A DNA stretch of 64,000 nucleotides, from positions 170,564,001-170,628,000 of the forward strand of contig CM059425.1 in NCBI GenBank assembly GCA_030390025.1, read 5' to 3'. The position numbers were made by a program, and so were the translations under genes. The notes under the pieces are model-generated. The model worked only from the letters and a program-made list of their open reading frames with translations. It searched no databases and was not told where the DNA came from. Positions 12,080 through 24,055 of the stretch are shown here, one piece after another. This DNA is from Squalus acanthias. Taxonomy: Eukaryota. Position 1 is the stretch's first letter, and every line of letters starts with the position of its first letter.

Positions 12080-13830
12080 TGTGGGAAAGAAAATCCTATC
12101 TCAATTCTTGCCTGAGGTTTAATATTCTCATATTCAAGTTCTCCAGTTCAGTTCTCTAAGGCCATGTTAAATAACCCTTTTATATGTATCCATTCCTCTC
12201 AACATTAAAACATTTTGGACCATGTTTCCTCTCCATCTGCTTTTCTCAAAAGAATGTAAATTCAGTTCAATGAGAGTCATGCTTTCAGTTTCAGAATCAT
12301 CCTAGGCACTCTCTGAACTTTCTCCAATCCAACAATATTCTTTTGAGAACCAGATGATCAAAACTGTATACAATATGACAAATGAGTTTTCACCAATAAT
12401 CATAGAAGCCTAAAATAAGTCTTTAGTCGCATACCCTGGAATCGATCCCAGTACATTACTAGCCTCAATCATTTTGTCTAGAAAATGTCAATGAATAATC
12501 ACATTCAGATCTTTTTTCATTCCTATCCTTACTAATGTACAGAACCATACATTTATAGTTACATTAAAATCCATTTGCCATTCTTTAGCTCCACTATTTT
12601 ATTAGTGCAGTTCCCTTTGGATGTTATTAATATCTCTTCGACTTATTGCTTGGTTATACAATTTGGAGCCATCATCAAACTGTAGAATACTACAAGAAGT
12701 AACTTCCTACATAAGGCAGGGTAATCACACTTTCTACTTCAGTCCATTACAATACTTTGCCATTAATTCCATAAGGATCAGTTTTTGTAAACCTCACTTT
12801 AACAAATGTTTTCTGAAAGTCCCTATAGATTATGGGGTAAATTGATCAAGGTTACCGTCCAAACATGGAGCCTCGCTCGATGGGGGCATGAGTCAGGGAA
12901 TTAAATCCTATCACCAGAAAACAATTTTCTGGTGATTCAATGAATCGAGAGCACCAGCCTCCATGCTTGATATTCCAGTCTGCACTCCCATCAAGCAAGC
13001 TCCACACCAGTGGTGGCATTGGTGAATTTACCCTTATATCTGCTGCATGGAGCTTTTTAACCAATTTAGAACCTCTTCAGAGACTATCCTGACCAACTAT
13101 TGATTATCATCCTGGGGGTGAGGTATGGGGGATTTCTTTGAGGTTGAAATGGCTTCAAGACGACACGCTCAGCAATGGAAGTTTGGAACCAAGTCAACTC
13201 TCTGTGGCAGACTCAGTAATCTGATACTGGATTCCCAGGCACCATTGATGACTGACCAGCCATTGTGGCTCATTAATGGAACTTAGAACAGTAGACTATC
13301 ACAGAATTGGGATTCTTCCCACTCCGCTCCAGATGACCCTGCAAGTCCAAGCCCCAATGGGTGGAGTAGTCCTGGCTGAACAAGCAGCAGGAAGCGTGCC
13401 AGTGTTCTCTGTTGGTAAGCTGCATCGTTTTAGCTGCTTAAATTCCAGCAGTATTCCAGGGCACAATTGGAAGTCCCTACACTTTAGCTCTGCTTTGCAG
13501 ACCTGCACCTATGTGTATAACATATGCATATATTGAGCAAACAGAAACTCTACCTATATGGATTGCTCAGTAGTTTGGTTTGGAGACTCTTAAACATAAT
13601 GATGGGTTTCCACATGTGGTCAGACATCCGGCTGACTAGTTATTGCAATCTTTAAACGAACTGTGATGACCCCTGTAAAATGTTGTGGAGCTTTTCTGTA
13701 CTAACATTGCTAGGCTAACTGGTCTATAATTCCTGGGCTCGTGCCTTGTTCAATATTGAGATAACATTCACTATTTTCCAGTCTTTAGGTATGTCTTCAC
13801 TGATCATTTTCTGTCACTCAGTTGCAGTGG
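12080..13830 (-). mobile_element. Ancient CR1 ORF2 fragments, with unrelated sequence at about 12830-13600
   Basis: Minus strand gives LVKTHLSYCIQF...LEKVQR (about 12320-12395), EWQMDFNV (about 12560-12585) and PKDWKIVNVI...RPVSL (about 13710-13790). Confidence 0.6.
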
Positions 13831-14455
13831 GATTTTGTCTCAAAGGCCTTGTTACAGTGCACAGCATTTTTATTGCAGTGTCATCCTTCTCTTAACAAAA
13901 GAGGGTAAGTGCCTCTTTGGACTCAGCAAATTTCCCCTAGAAGGTTAGTAAGCCATGTAGTGCATCAAAGCATGACAATAAAATATAATAAAATAAATAA
14001 TTTGGCAGCAGGAAACATCACAAGGAAAATGCCCAACAAATGATATAGTTGTTTAAAAAACTACTCCTGCTCTGATATTCCAAAAAAGCCTGAGGAGTCA
14101 AGATACATTTTCAAAGTTGTGTTAAATAGTTCACTCAAAAGTATTCACTTCCTTGTCACAGTACAAGAATACTTTGATAGCCTTGTGCATGTGTTAGGAC
14201 CAGCAATCAAGCCTCAAAGTTTCCCGATAGTCATTGCTGTTGTACATCTGATAATCTATTTCCACGCAGGTCATTAGAAAGAAGTGTCCTACCCTTTAAA
14301 TGATGTGATCATAATCTATCTTGATCTTGGCACTCTTTTAAAAATGAAACAATATTTTGCCATCATTCTTTTCTACAATAGCAATTTTTAGACTTTGATC
14401 TACATGGAGGACTAATATCACTTCTGCAATGCTACCCGGCAAACTGTTGGTGTAG

Positions 14456-14545
14456 CAACAACAACAACAACTTGCATTTATATAGTACCTTTAATGTAGT
14501 AAAACAAGGTGCTTCACAGGAGTGTTATCAAACAAAATTTTACAC
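14456..14545 (-). mobile_element. L2-type 3' tail
   Basis: (AAC)n followed by TTGCATTTATATAG...TTTAATGTAGTAAAACA; reverse complement of the tail at 23640-23712. Confidence 0.65.
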
Positions 14546-15530
14546 TCACCTGCAGCTAATTGGATTATAGGCTTGGTGTGCTATTCGGTTAGCACTACTG
14601 CAATCTTTATTTTAATCTATTAAAAAAATGGAACTCTCAAAATGAAAACAGCCATGTATTTCATTTTAAAAAGCTTAACTTAGGCCCCAGTTAAAGAAAA
14701 GGCCCAGTTGTAGCCCTGTCCACCTGACTGGAATGGGGTAGATGGGTGGGTAAAATAGCAGTATAGTAATTACCGATGCGTTCCTGACGTACTCCAACCC
14801 GCCACCATTTTAACCGTGCACTTTTCGGAGGTGCATCCCTGCCTTAAAGAAGCCTTGGGAGACCTGCCAGAAATTGCGTGCATCATGTGGGTGGGCTGCC
14901 CGATTCCTGATGGGAGAAGGAGGACAGCCCATCAATCAGATGGAAATGAGGCCTGGGAATTAAAATCACCCGAGCCTCCGACTCACGAAATCATGGGGGC
15001 TTCCTACCCGCCCAAATCGGGGCTATAGATTCTGATTGAATGTATTTTCTTTGTACATTTGACCCTCTCTCTACTTTTCCCAGCCATATTCTGACAAAGT
15101 GCCCAGTCAGTCACCTTACCTGAAAAAAGACACTTATTGTTCTTGTTTATTTTTACACACGTTGCTGACGATCAATACCTTCATCAGAAAGAAAGTGCAG
15201 GAAGATGTCTCAATACTTCCAGGAGTTGTAAAACAATGATTTTCCTATCTATCATCTTATGACAATAGATGACAATGGATGACAGTTTTACTACTGCACT
15301 AATAAGTCATTCTGTAATTATTTCATGGACAAAATCCTTGATGCAGCAGAGTGGTAAAGATAATTAGCATACATCAGTTTTAAGCAAATGCTTCTGGTAA
15401 GGTTTATTGGTCTTGTGGGAGGAACACCTACAGTGAAAATTTCTCAATTGCTTGTCGCCATATTTTCGTTAGTATTGTCACATAAAGCACAGTCTAAATC
15501 GAAGAGTGGCTATTTTTCTCTCGGTCTTAT

Positions 15531-18030
15531 ATCATAGTCATAGAGTCATAGGGCTAAAAATTGAATAGCGCCCCGTTTGGGGTGCTAACTTTGCCGGGGC
15601 GCTTCTTTAAGCGCCCCGGAAAAATTAGCACCCCCACGCCGGAAATTGAGTAGTTGCTCCCCAAGAGGGAAGTGCCCCTCTTCCCTCTTGGGGCGCTGCG
15701 AGTCAATATCACGGCGCTACGTGCTGCGGTATTGCAGGCCTTCCTCCCCTTCTTAAAGGGGAGGGGCCTTGCGCAGCGCGACCCGGGGCCCAGCTGGGCC
15801 CCCGGGGATCGGGAGTGCTGGCAAAAGAGCCCGGCACTCAAGAGAAGTGCCGGGCTCTTGGAGCGCAGCCGGCACTCCGCAGGGGGGGCATTTTACGAGG
15901 CCGGGGAAGGGGACGCAGGCAGGTGCTGGCAGGCGGCCAGCAACTAAAATGGCCGCCCCGCACCTCACCTTTGAACAGCGCCTCCCCGGCCACAGGTAGG
16001 CCCTTCTGACCCCATCGGACATAGCGTCCGGCGATAAGTCAGGGGGCGCTCCCGAAGATCGCGAGCGGGGCACTGCGCACGGCAATGACATCATCACCGG
16101 TGGGGCAGCGCCGCGGGGCGCTACCAGTTAGCGCCGTCGCTAACCTCCCGCTGAATTTCGCGGGAGGCGTGGGCGGTTTCGCGCCCGGGCACTAGTTGCT
16201 TTGAGCCATGTTAGCACCCTCTAACGGGAGACGCAAAGCAACCCAATTTTTCCCCCATGGAGTCATAACGGCACAGAAGGAGGCCATTCGGCCCATCAAG
16301 TCCATGCCGGCTCTCTGTAGAGCAATCGAGTCAGTCCCATTCCCTCGTTCTATCCCCGTAGCCCTGCAAGTTTATTTCCCTCAAGTGCCTATCCAGTCTC
16401 CCCTTGAAAACATTGAGTGTCTCCGCTTCCACCACTTCCGTCAGCAGCGAGTTCCAGGTCCTCACCACTCGCTGCGTAAAAAAGTTTTTCCTCACATCCC
16501 CCCTGTATCTCTTGCCCAAAACCTTGGTACAAGGACTAGGTGAAACAGCCTTTCCCCTTCTAGCCTATCCAAACTCGTCATAATCTTGTACACCTCTATC
16601 AAATCAACCCTCAACCTCCTTTGCTCTAATGAAAACAAATCCAGCTTCTCCAACCTGTCCTTGTAGCTAAGATCCCTCATCCCCGGAACCATTCTGGTAA
16701 ATCTCTTCTGCACCCTCTCAAGGGCCTTCACATTTTTCCTAAAGTGTGGTGACCAGAACTGGACACAACACTCCAGTTGAGGCCTAACCAGCGCTTTATA
16801 AAGATTCAGCATAACTTCTCTACTTTTGAACTCAATACCTCTATTTATGAAACCCAAGATCCCGTATGCTTTGCTAACCACTCTCTCAATATGTCCCGCC
16901 ACCTTCAGGGACCTATGCACATTAACTCCCAGGTCCCTCTGTCCCTGCACACTCTTTAAAACTGTGCCATTAAGTGTATATTGCCTCTCCCTGTTCCTTC
17001 TGCCAAAATGCATCACCTCACACTTCTCTGTATTAATTTCAATCTGCCACTTGTCTGCCCATTCTGCTAGCCTTTCTATGTCCTGTTGCAGTCGATTGAT
17101 ATCATCCTCACTGTTTGCCACACCCCCAAGTTTGGTGTCATCTGCAAATTTAGAAATTCTACTTTGTATTCCAATATCCAGGTCATTTATATATATCAAA
17201 AAAAGCAGTGGCCCCAGCACTGACCCTTGGGGAACACCACTGTCTACCATCCTCCAGTCTGAAAAACAGCCATTTACCACAACTCGCTATTTTCTGTCCT
17301 TAAGCCAATTCCTTATCCAAGCTGCCACTGACCCACCTATTCCATGAGCCTCAATTTTGTTAACCAGGCTTCTCTGTGGTACTTTGTCAAACGCCTTCCT
17401 AAAATCCATGTAGACAACATCCATTGCATTCCCTTCATCAATCCTCCCTGTTACTTCATCAAAAAATTTAATTAGATTAGTCAAACATGATCTGCCTTTT
17501 ACATTTCCGTGTTGGCTCTCCTTAATTAGCTTAAACCTCTCCAAGTGCCCATTAATGTTTTCCTTGATTATTGTTTCTAAAATTTTACCCACCACAGATG
17601 TTAAACTGACTGGCCTGTAATTACTAGGATTGTCCTTACACCCTTTCTTGAACAATGGTGTCACATTTGCCACTTTCCAATCCTCAGGCACCTCCCTCGC
17701 ATCTAGGGAAGATTGGAAAATTATGGCAAGCCCTTCTGCTATCTCCTCCCCCAATTCCCTTAGCAATCTGGGATGCAAGCCATCTGGACCAGGCGACCTA
17801 TCCACTCTAAGCATACCCAGCCTTTCTAGTACATCCTGTCTATCAATTTTCACCCCTTCCATTGCTTCTACCTTTTCCACTGCTACCGATATTTTGTCAG
17901 CATCCACCTCCTTAATAAACACGATACAAACTACTTATTGAGTATTCTAGCCTTGCCCTGCGCCTCTAAGCACATAACACCTTCTTTGTCGCTAATAGGC
18001 CCCTCCCCTCCTCTTACTACCCGCTTACTG
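15531..18030 (-). mobile_element. CR1 LINE, 5'-truncated ORF2, with a MITE in its 3' tandem tail
   Basis: ORFs 17287-17922 and 16492-17280 (NYRPVSLTSVVGKILE, YMDFRKAFDKVP, GVPQGSVLGPLLFLIYINDL, FADDTKL) separated by one in-frame stop; FFTQRVV..WNSL tail; (TCATAGAG)n terminal repeat. Confidence 0.95.
15550..16255. mobile_element. Harbinger-type MITE, CpG-rich
   Basis: Termini AGGGCTAAAAATTG / CAATTTTTCCCC; TSD CAT/CAT; ends resemble those of 1359-2232. Confidence 0.85.
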
Positions 18031-19490
18031 TGGAGAAGGAGGAACTGGAGAGAGAAGCCCAGGGGTAGAGAGGACATAGGAGGTGCATGCCTCAGTGGCT
18101 ACAACCCCATGCAATGAATATACTACAGCACAGTCAGCTATTTGGGCATGGTGGGGCAGCAATGATTGAGATTGCTAAGGCTCACAAGAGAGGCAATGAC
18201 TCAGTTATGCCAGCTGGTTCAAGTAGGCCTGCAGGTGCCATGGGATGGAGGGGCGGGGGCAGGGGGGGTGGGGGAAGGTGTTTTTTTTTTCTTTCATTCT
18301 CGGGATATGGGCATCAGTGACAAGTCCTGCATTTATTGCCCATCCCTAGTTGCCTCTGAGAAGGTGGTGGTGGGCCTCCTAGTGGTTTGAGTGGTTTGTT
18401 AGGCCACTTCTGAGGGCAGTTAAGAGTCAACCACGTTGGTGTGAGACTGGAATCACATATCGACCAGACCGGGTAAGGACGGCAGGTTTCCACTATGGAA
18501 TGGTCTAGTTCCAAGGTATATTCTTTCTTGTGTTCATGCAATAGTTTTATTACCTTCCTTTTTAGTACACCAGCACATATCTCTCTCCCTCAGTTAGGTA
18601 CAGGTGGGTGAGATTGAAAACAGGACTGATTTTCCTCTGCTCTCATCCCAAGTAGCTAAGAAAAGGATGCAACAAACTGTTCTGCACCTAAATAGCACTG
18701 CATCCAAACCTTCTCTACGGCTTTACCAGTGTCTGCACCGCACTGCGCCTGAAGAGGGTGCAGCAATATAAATCTCATGCAAAAGGGTGTCAGATGCCTT
18801 TGTACAGAAATATTGTTGTGTGTAGATGAAGGACAGACTATGGTGTTGTGACGTCCTGAGCTGTCGTTTAGGCGCTGTCTGTCTTAAACGCACAGGCTAG
18901 TATGGTCAAGAAAGATCTTTCTTTTTGACTTTTTGAATAACACTTGGCTTTGCTGCTTCGGAATTGGCTGCAGAAATCTGTTTGCCTTTTACACTTACAT
19001 GATGGATGCCGTGTTCAGTACTGTGCCTTCTCCCCGTTTTGCGATGTGGTTTATTTGGAGGCAGATGAGGGGAAGCAACAATGAGCCCCCTTGACAGTCA
19101 CTGAAGTAATTTGCCTGGCTCTGAGCCGTGAGGGTCCGGCTGCAGACTGCAGCATCTTGGAGTGGGCTGGGGCAGTTTGGCCCAGCTGGCTGTGTGGCAC
19201 CAACAAGGGCACTGGCAGCATGGGTGGTGGGGGAGCAGGCATGCTGTCAGCTTGAGAGAGGACAGCAGGTGCCTCTCCCATGGAGTGGAGCCAAGGCCAC
19301 TCTCCTGGAACTGCGCCTCATCACTCCTGTGGTTCTGCGTGAGAACAGTGTGCAGGAGAGCGAAGATGCTCTGGAAGCCCCTGTCAACACTGGCCCGCAA
19401 AGCCAATATGGCAACTGAGCTTGCTGAGACAGTGCCGAGGGAGGGGAATGGAATCATTGGAGTGTGTGGCAGGGGCTGAAAATAATGGCT
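18031..19490. mobile_element. Degenerate Harbinger remnants (transposase N-terminus on +, Myb-protein C-terminus on -)
   Basis: RLLRLTREAMTQLCQLVQ at 18166 on + resembles [18 protein letters not shown]; Pro-rich AVLSQADSMPAPPPP...QSAAGPSR at 19051-19281 on -. Confidence 0.45.
18281..18492 (-). mobile_element. SINE fragment sharing its body with 7749-7770 and its 3' tail with the LINE at 5934
   Basis: Minus strand reads GGAAACCTGCCGTCCTTACC...GGCAACTAGGGATGGGCAATAAATGC...GAGAATGAA then poly(A). Confidence 0.8.
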
Positions 19491-19596
19491 AAGGCTTTCA
19501 AGTATTTTCTGACAACAAAATTTTTATGGAAATATGCAAATCTACAGCCAAGTGTATGTTAATGTGTTTAAAATGAGTGTGAGAGAGAGAGATAAA

Positions 19597-21416
19597 GATC
19601 TAGAAATTCGCGTGCAACACGAAACCTGCCGGTGCCACTGCGGTCACGGGTAAACGGCCGCCGAAAATGGTGCCGCTGGTAGGAGAGAAAAATTGGAGCT
19701 GGGAACTAATGATTAGTAGCCCAGTGCTAAACTCACCGTGAACGCCCTCCTGGTGGCGTTACTCCCAGCATCAGTGCCGAATGTGGCGTCCAGAAGCGGC
19801 GTTGCATCTTCCAACAGCCTCTGGAAGCGAGGCTATGATTTCGCTAGGCATTGTGGGATATTAAAAGGGCAATGCACTGCCGTTTGTTGAAAAGGGCAAT
19901 GCCTTCTGAACAGATAAAAATAAAAATGAAGTAAAAAAAAAAATGCAGTTTTCAGCCCTTACAGCTCTACTGCCTTTCAAAAAAAAAATTAACATTTGAA
20001 ATTTTTTTTCCAAATGGCAGTCTTCAGCTCTTAAAGCTGAATTCCCTTCCACACCTTAAAAAATGGGAAAAGTGCCCCAGCACCAACATAAATGGCTTAG
20101 CAAGCCAGGGAGGGGGCATCCAAGGACTCTCACACACCACTCCAGCTTTGTGCAGGGGGTCAACACTGCAAGAAAGGTCCTCTACCCACAGAGGCTAGGA
20201 GGCCCTCCAGAAAGAATGATGTGGGACCACATCAGTGAGGCTGTCACTGCTAGCAGTGGTGGTGGTGGTGGTGGTGGAGACGGAGGAGGAGACGGAGATG
20301 ACACCTTCATGCAATTTGACACGCCCAGCCACCAGCTCCTCAAGGTCGACTAGCAAGGCCATTTGCAGTGTTCCCCACTGAAAGTTAGCAGCCTTCCACC
20401 AGCCATGCTGCAGCCACTGGGATAGCACTGCGTGACATCAGTAGGATAGGCAAAGGCACACACAAGACAGTCACTAAGAGAATGCAAAAGGGTGATGAGT
20501 TGATTTCTTGATGTCATATTGGATGGATAGATGTATAAAGTTGGATTGGAAATTTTGCTTTGTGGTGGCTTTTATTTCAGCATTGTGGCCAAGAGGACGC
20601 TGTGATGGTCAGTAACAGAGGGAAGGTAAGGTGTGGGACAAATGCTAAAAGCGGAATTGGGGTTGTGGTCACTGGGACCACAGGCGGATGTTTCCATCCC
20701 GGATATCCCGGCCAGAAAGAGGCTGTCTGGGTTGCATCCTTCCTCCTGCTTCCTCTTCTTCTGCTTCTTCCTCTTCTGCGTCTGCGTCTGAGCAGATACT
20801 GTAAATCTGAAATAAAAGCAGAAAATGTTGGAAATACTCAGCAGGTCACGCAACATCTCGACCTGAGACGTGAAATCTGTTTCTCGATGGATGTTGCCTG
20901 ACCTGCTGAGTATTTGCAGCATTTTCTGTCTTCTCAGAGGCCTTCCTTTACCATCTGAGGCCTTGCAATCATCCAGCAGCACTCCCTGCATACTTAAAAA
21001 ACTTTTCACATGCATTACAACAAACCACTACTTCAATAAAATCAAAAAAGTCCAGTCCAAAAGCTTAAATGCAAACTTACCTGAAAGATGTGTGTGTCCC
21101 TTTAAGAGGTGCTGACAGCGTCTCTGTGAGTCTGCTGAACGCTGGGTTTTCATGGCGAGCTTAGGACCCAACAATGAACTCAGCGCTAAGGTCGATGTTT
21201 GTTGAGGTGACGTTAAGTTGGCGTTGCACGCCGACTGACGTAACCCTCTACCTAATTTAAATTTCCACGGCCATCACTTTTACTGCCAGCGCTGCCGGCC
21301 CTTGGAAAATGGCGGCTCTGCAGAACCTGCCACCAGCTGGCGAAAGAGCAGTGGCCGTCATTTTTTCGCAAAATTTTTCTGGTAATGGGTGGTGTAAAAC
21401 ACCTGAATTTTAGCCC
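19597..21416. mobile_element. Degenerate Harbinger element
   Basis: Termini GATCTAGAAATTC / GAATTTTAGCCC; flanks AAA/GAA within a GA repeat; Myb remnant at 20063 on + (FVQGVNTARKVLYP...MWDHISEAVTA). Confidence 0.65.
20795..20930. repeat. Foldback fragment of a Penelope 3' terminus
   Basis: CAGAAAATGTTGGAAATACTCAGCAGGTCA..CAACATC pairs with GATGTTGCCTGACCTGCTGAGTATTTGCAGCATTTTCTG; matches the tail at 54334-54385. Confidence 0.75.
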
Positions 21417-22256
21417 GAAGAGAGAAACCAAACAAAATGTGGATATTTATTCTATTCAAAGGTAGCGATGGTGAATATCCTACCTAAGATTCAATAAAAA
21501 TATTGGTATCAGCACCTCAGACACAACAATAATACAACCTCTGCGTTCTTCTTAATGGTACCCCAGAAATTAAAGCACATATGCAAATTGGGAGGAGTGG
21601 GTGAGCTAAATCTGAATCAAAATGTGCAATGACAAAGGGCACTTATACCACAAAACTGCATTACTAATAATATATTTGCTTATGGTTTTAGTAAGGATGT
21701 CCGAATCTCTCTGTTTTCTCCCCAGTCCCTTGGTCTCTCTGCGATGGAGAGAACAGGTAGGTGACTTGCTCTAAAATCCCCACAGTGGCCATTTGCAGCT
21801 CGAGTCCAGCTATGACTCACTCTCTAATATTCACTCCCACTTGTCGAGGTGCTTGGCTTCTGCTTTGTGCTTTCACCAGTATGGCAGAGCTCAGCAACTC
21901 AGAGGCATAAGGGATCAAAGCTGCATCCCTCGCTGCTGCAGTGCCTGACCTTGGTATTCCAACACACTGTGCCACTGCAGCACTGCTGTGTCAAATTAAA
22001 TGCTATATCATCTGCCTGAAAGGGCAGTGACATGAACTTTTACTTGACTTTCTGTTATAGGGAAATAAGATAATACATATAGGATAACAGATCGATGGCT
22101 GAGAGTCATAGGCAGTAATTCAATCGAATAGTTTGGATGACATTGTAAGCTGCAAGAATTAAGTGAAACTGATTCATGAGCATCAATAGCCCTAACAGAG
22201 TGAATGACCATGTTACAAACTACAATACATGTTACATGGTGTATTTGACAAAAACT

Positions 22257-22585
22257 GGGGTAGAATTTGACCTTTGGGCATCCGATTGGCGAAGCGTGGT
22301 GGCTGCTTGCTCATTGGGCTGGCAGCGAGGCCAGAGCCACTGCTGCTCCTCCTGGCCCCTCAAAAATAAAGAGGAACTTACTGACACTGAGCAGAGCAGG
22401 CCCAGCTCTGCTCAGCTCAGTCCAAAAATGAAAATCAGGATCCTGTGTACATTTGCCCAGCGATAAGTCTAGTGGAATTGTCGTGGCCACAGCAATGGTG
22501 GCAACAAGGCGATATGCTATTGCCCACCATTGTTGGGGCACTACCGCCTTGTTTCTGACCGGCAGGAGGCCTGAAAATTCACCCC
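22257..22585. mobile_element. Harbinger-type MITE
   Basis: Termini GGGGTAGAATTT / AAAATTCACCCC; flanks ACT/AGT. Confidence 0.6.
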
Positions 22586-23242
22586 AGTGTCTCCACTCCA
22601 AATGTCAACCCGCCTTCCCTTTGCCTGGATACCAACAGACCACTTCAATCATTGGATTGTTATAAATCATAATTCAACAACTTATTTTAAAAACATTTTT
22701 TTTAAACTCTGTAAAGCAGGATTTAGATGCTTTGAACACAGCTGATAACTCATATGTGTGAGGGGAAAAAATGTGAAAGTAAAAATAAAACTGAGCAGAG
22801 AAACGTACCAGCAATGTGGTATTTCACCTGATGTGCCTGAGGCATTGCCCAAGGACTAATAACCCATCTGTAGTTGGGCTGGGAACATGGGAGACATTAC
22901 AATCATCAGGTCAAACATACAAACGGTAACAGAAAGTACTGAAGATTGATCTTTCAGCTCATGATCTGCTCATTTAAAAATGCATTAAATGCCACAAGAC
23001 AACATTAGCACAATGACTCCACAGTGACAATGTAATCGTAAAGCAATGGAAAGTGCAACAGAGATGGATATCAGTGCTCTGATTGAAAAAGGTTCCTAAT
23101 ACTTGTTCTAATGCAGTTTACACGTGGCTGCACAATAATGCTGGTAGGAACACTACAGGTTAGAAATTTACATATTATGATGGATACAGATTTACAGACT
23201 GCCTTAGAAATTCTCTCAGGGACAGTAATGCTGGTCACTGCA

Positions 23243-23712
23243 GTAACTCGCACCAAGTCCCCTTCACCAATCACCCCTGTGGTCACTGACCTAAATTAGC
23301 TCCCGGTCCGGCAATGCCTCGATTTAAAAATTCTCATCCTTGTTTTCAAATCCCTCCATAGCCTCGTCCCTCCCTATCTCTGTAAACATGTCCAGCCCTA
23401 CAACCCTCTGGGATTTCTGCGTTCCTCCAATTCTGGCATCTTGTACATCCCTAATGTTCATCGCTCCATTATTAGTGGCCGTGCCTTCAGCTATAAAAGC
23501 CCCCTAAGCTCTGTAATTCCCTCCCTAAACCTCTCCGCCTCTTCTCCTTTAAGTCGCTCCTTAAAACCTACCTCTTTAACCAAGCTTTTGGTCACCTGTC
23601 CTAATATCTCCTTATATGGTGTCAAATGATGTTTGATAATCGCGCCTGTGAAGCGCCTTGGGATGTTTTATTACGTTAAAGGCGCTATATAAATGCAAGT
23701 TATTGTTGTTGT
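23243..23712 (+). mobile_element. L2 LINE 3' end
   Basis: TRTKSPSPITPVVTDLN*LPVRQCLDLKILILVFKSLHSLVPPYL, then the AAGCGCCTTGGGATGTTTT...ATAAATGCAAG(TTG)n tail. Confidence 0.85.
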
Positions 23713-23924
23713 ACGTGATCTGAGCATCTTCTATTCAGGACTGTGCCTATTCTGTCCAAGTCGGAGTGTGCGCAGTGCAGGCTCTGACCAGTTCCACGGT
23801 CGATAGAAGCAAAGATGTCCACTAAATATAAGTATTAAATTATTTTTGTGGACCCCAGATGAGCAGGAGTGCTCCTCTGAGACCCACAACTCAATCTCCG
23901 GTGGGGCCTCAGTTTAAAGCCTTC

Positions 23925-24055
23925 TCGGAAAACGGCACCTCCGACAGCAGTCCCTCAGTACTGCACTAAGTGTAAGCCTAGATTATATGCTCAAGTCTCT
24001 GGTGTGGGGCTTGAAACCAGAGGCGAGAATGTGACATCTGAGTCACAACTGACAC
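23925..24055 (-). mobile_element. Deu-type tRNA SINE 5' fragment
   Basis: Reverse complement of the head of 30388-30790 (CAGTACTGAGGGA...GTCGGAGGTGCCGT). Confidence 0.65.

Noticed and set aside
15090..15190. Additional hammerhead motifs (also near 20855 and 40978)
   Set aside because: The CUGAnGA or GAAA core and stem II are degenerate; at most old Penelope remnants.
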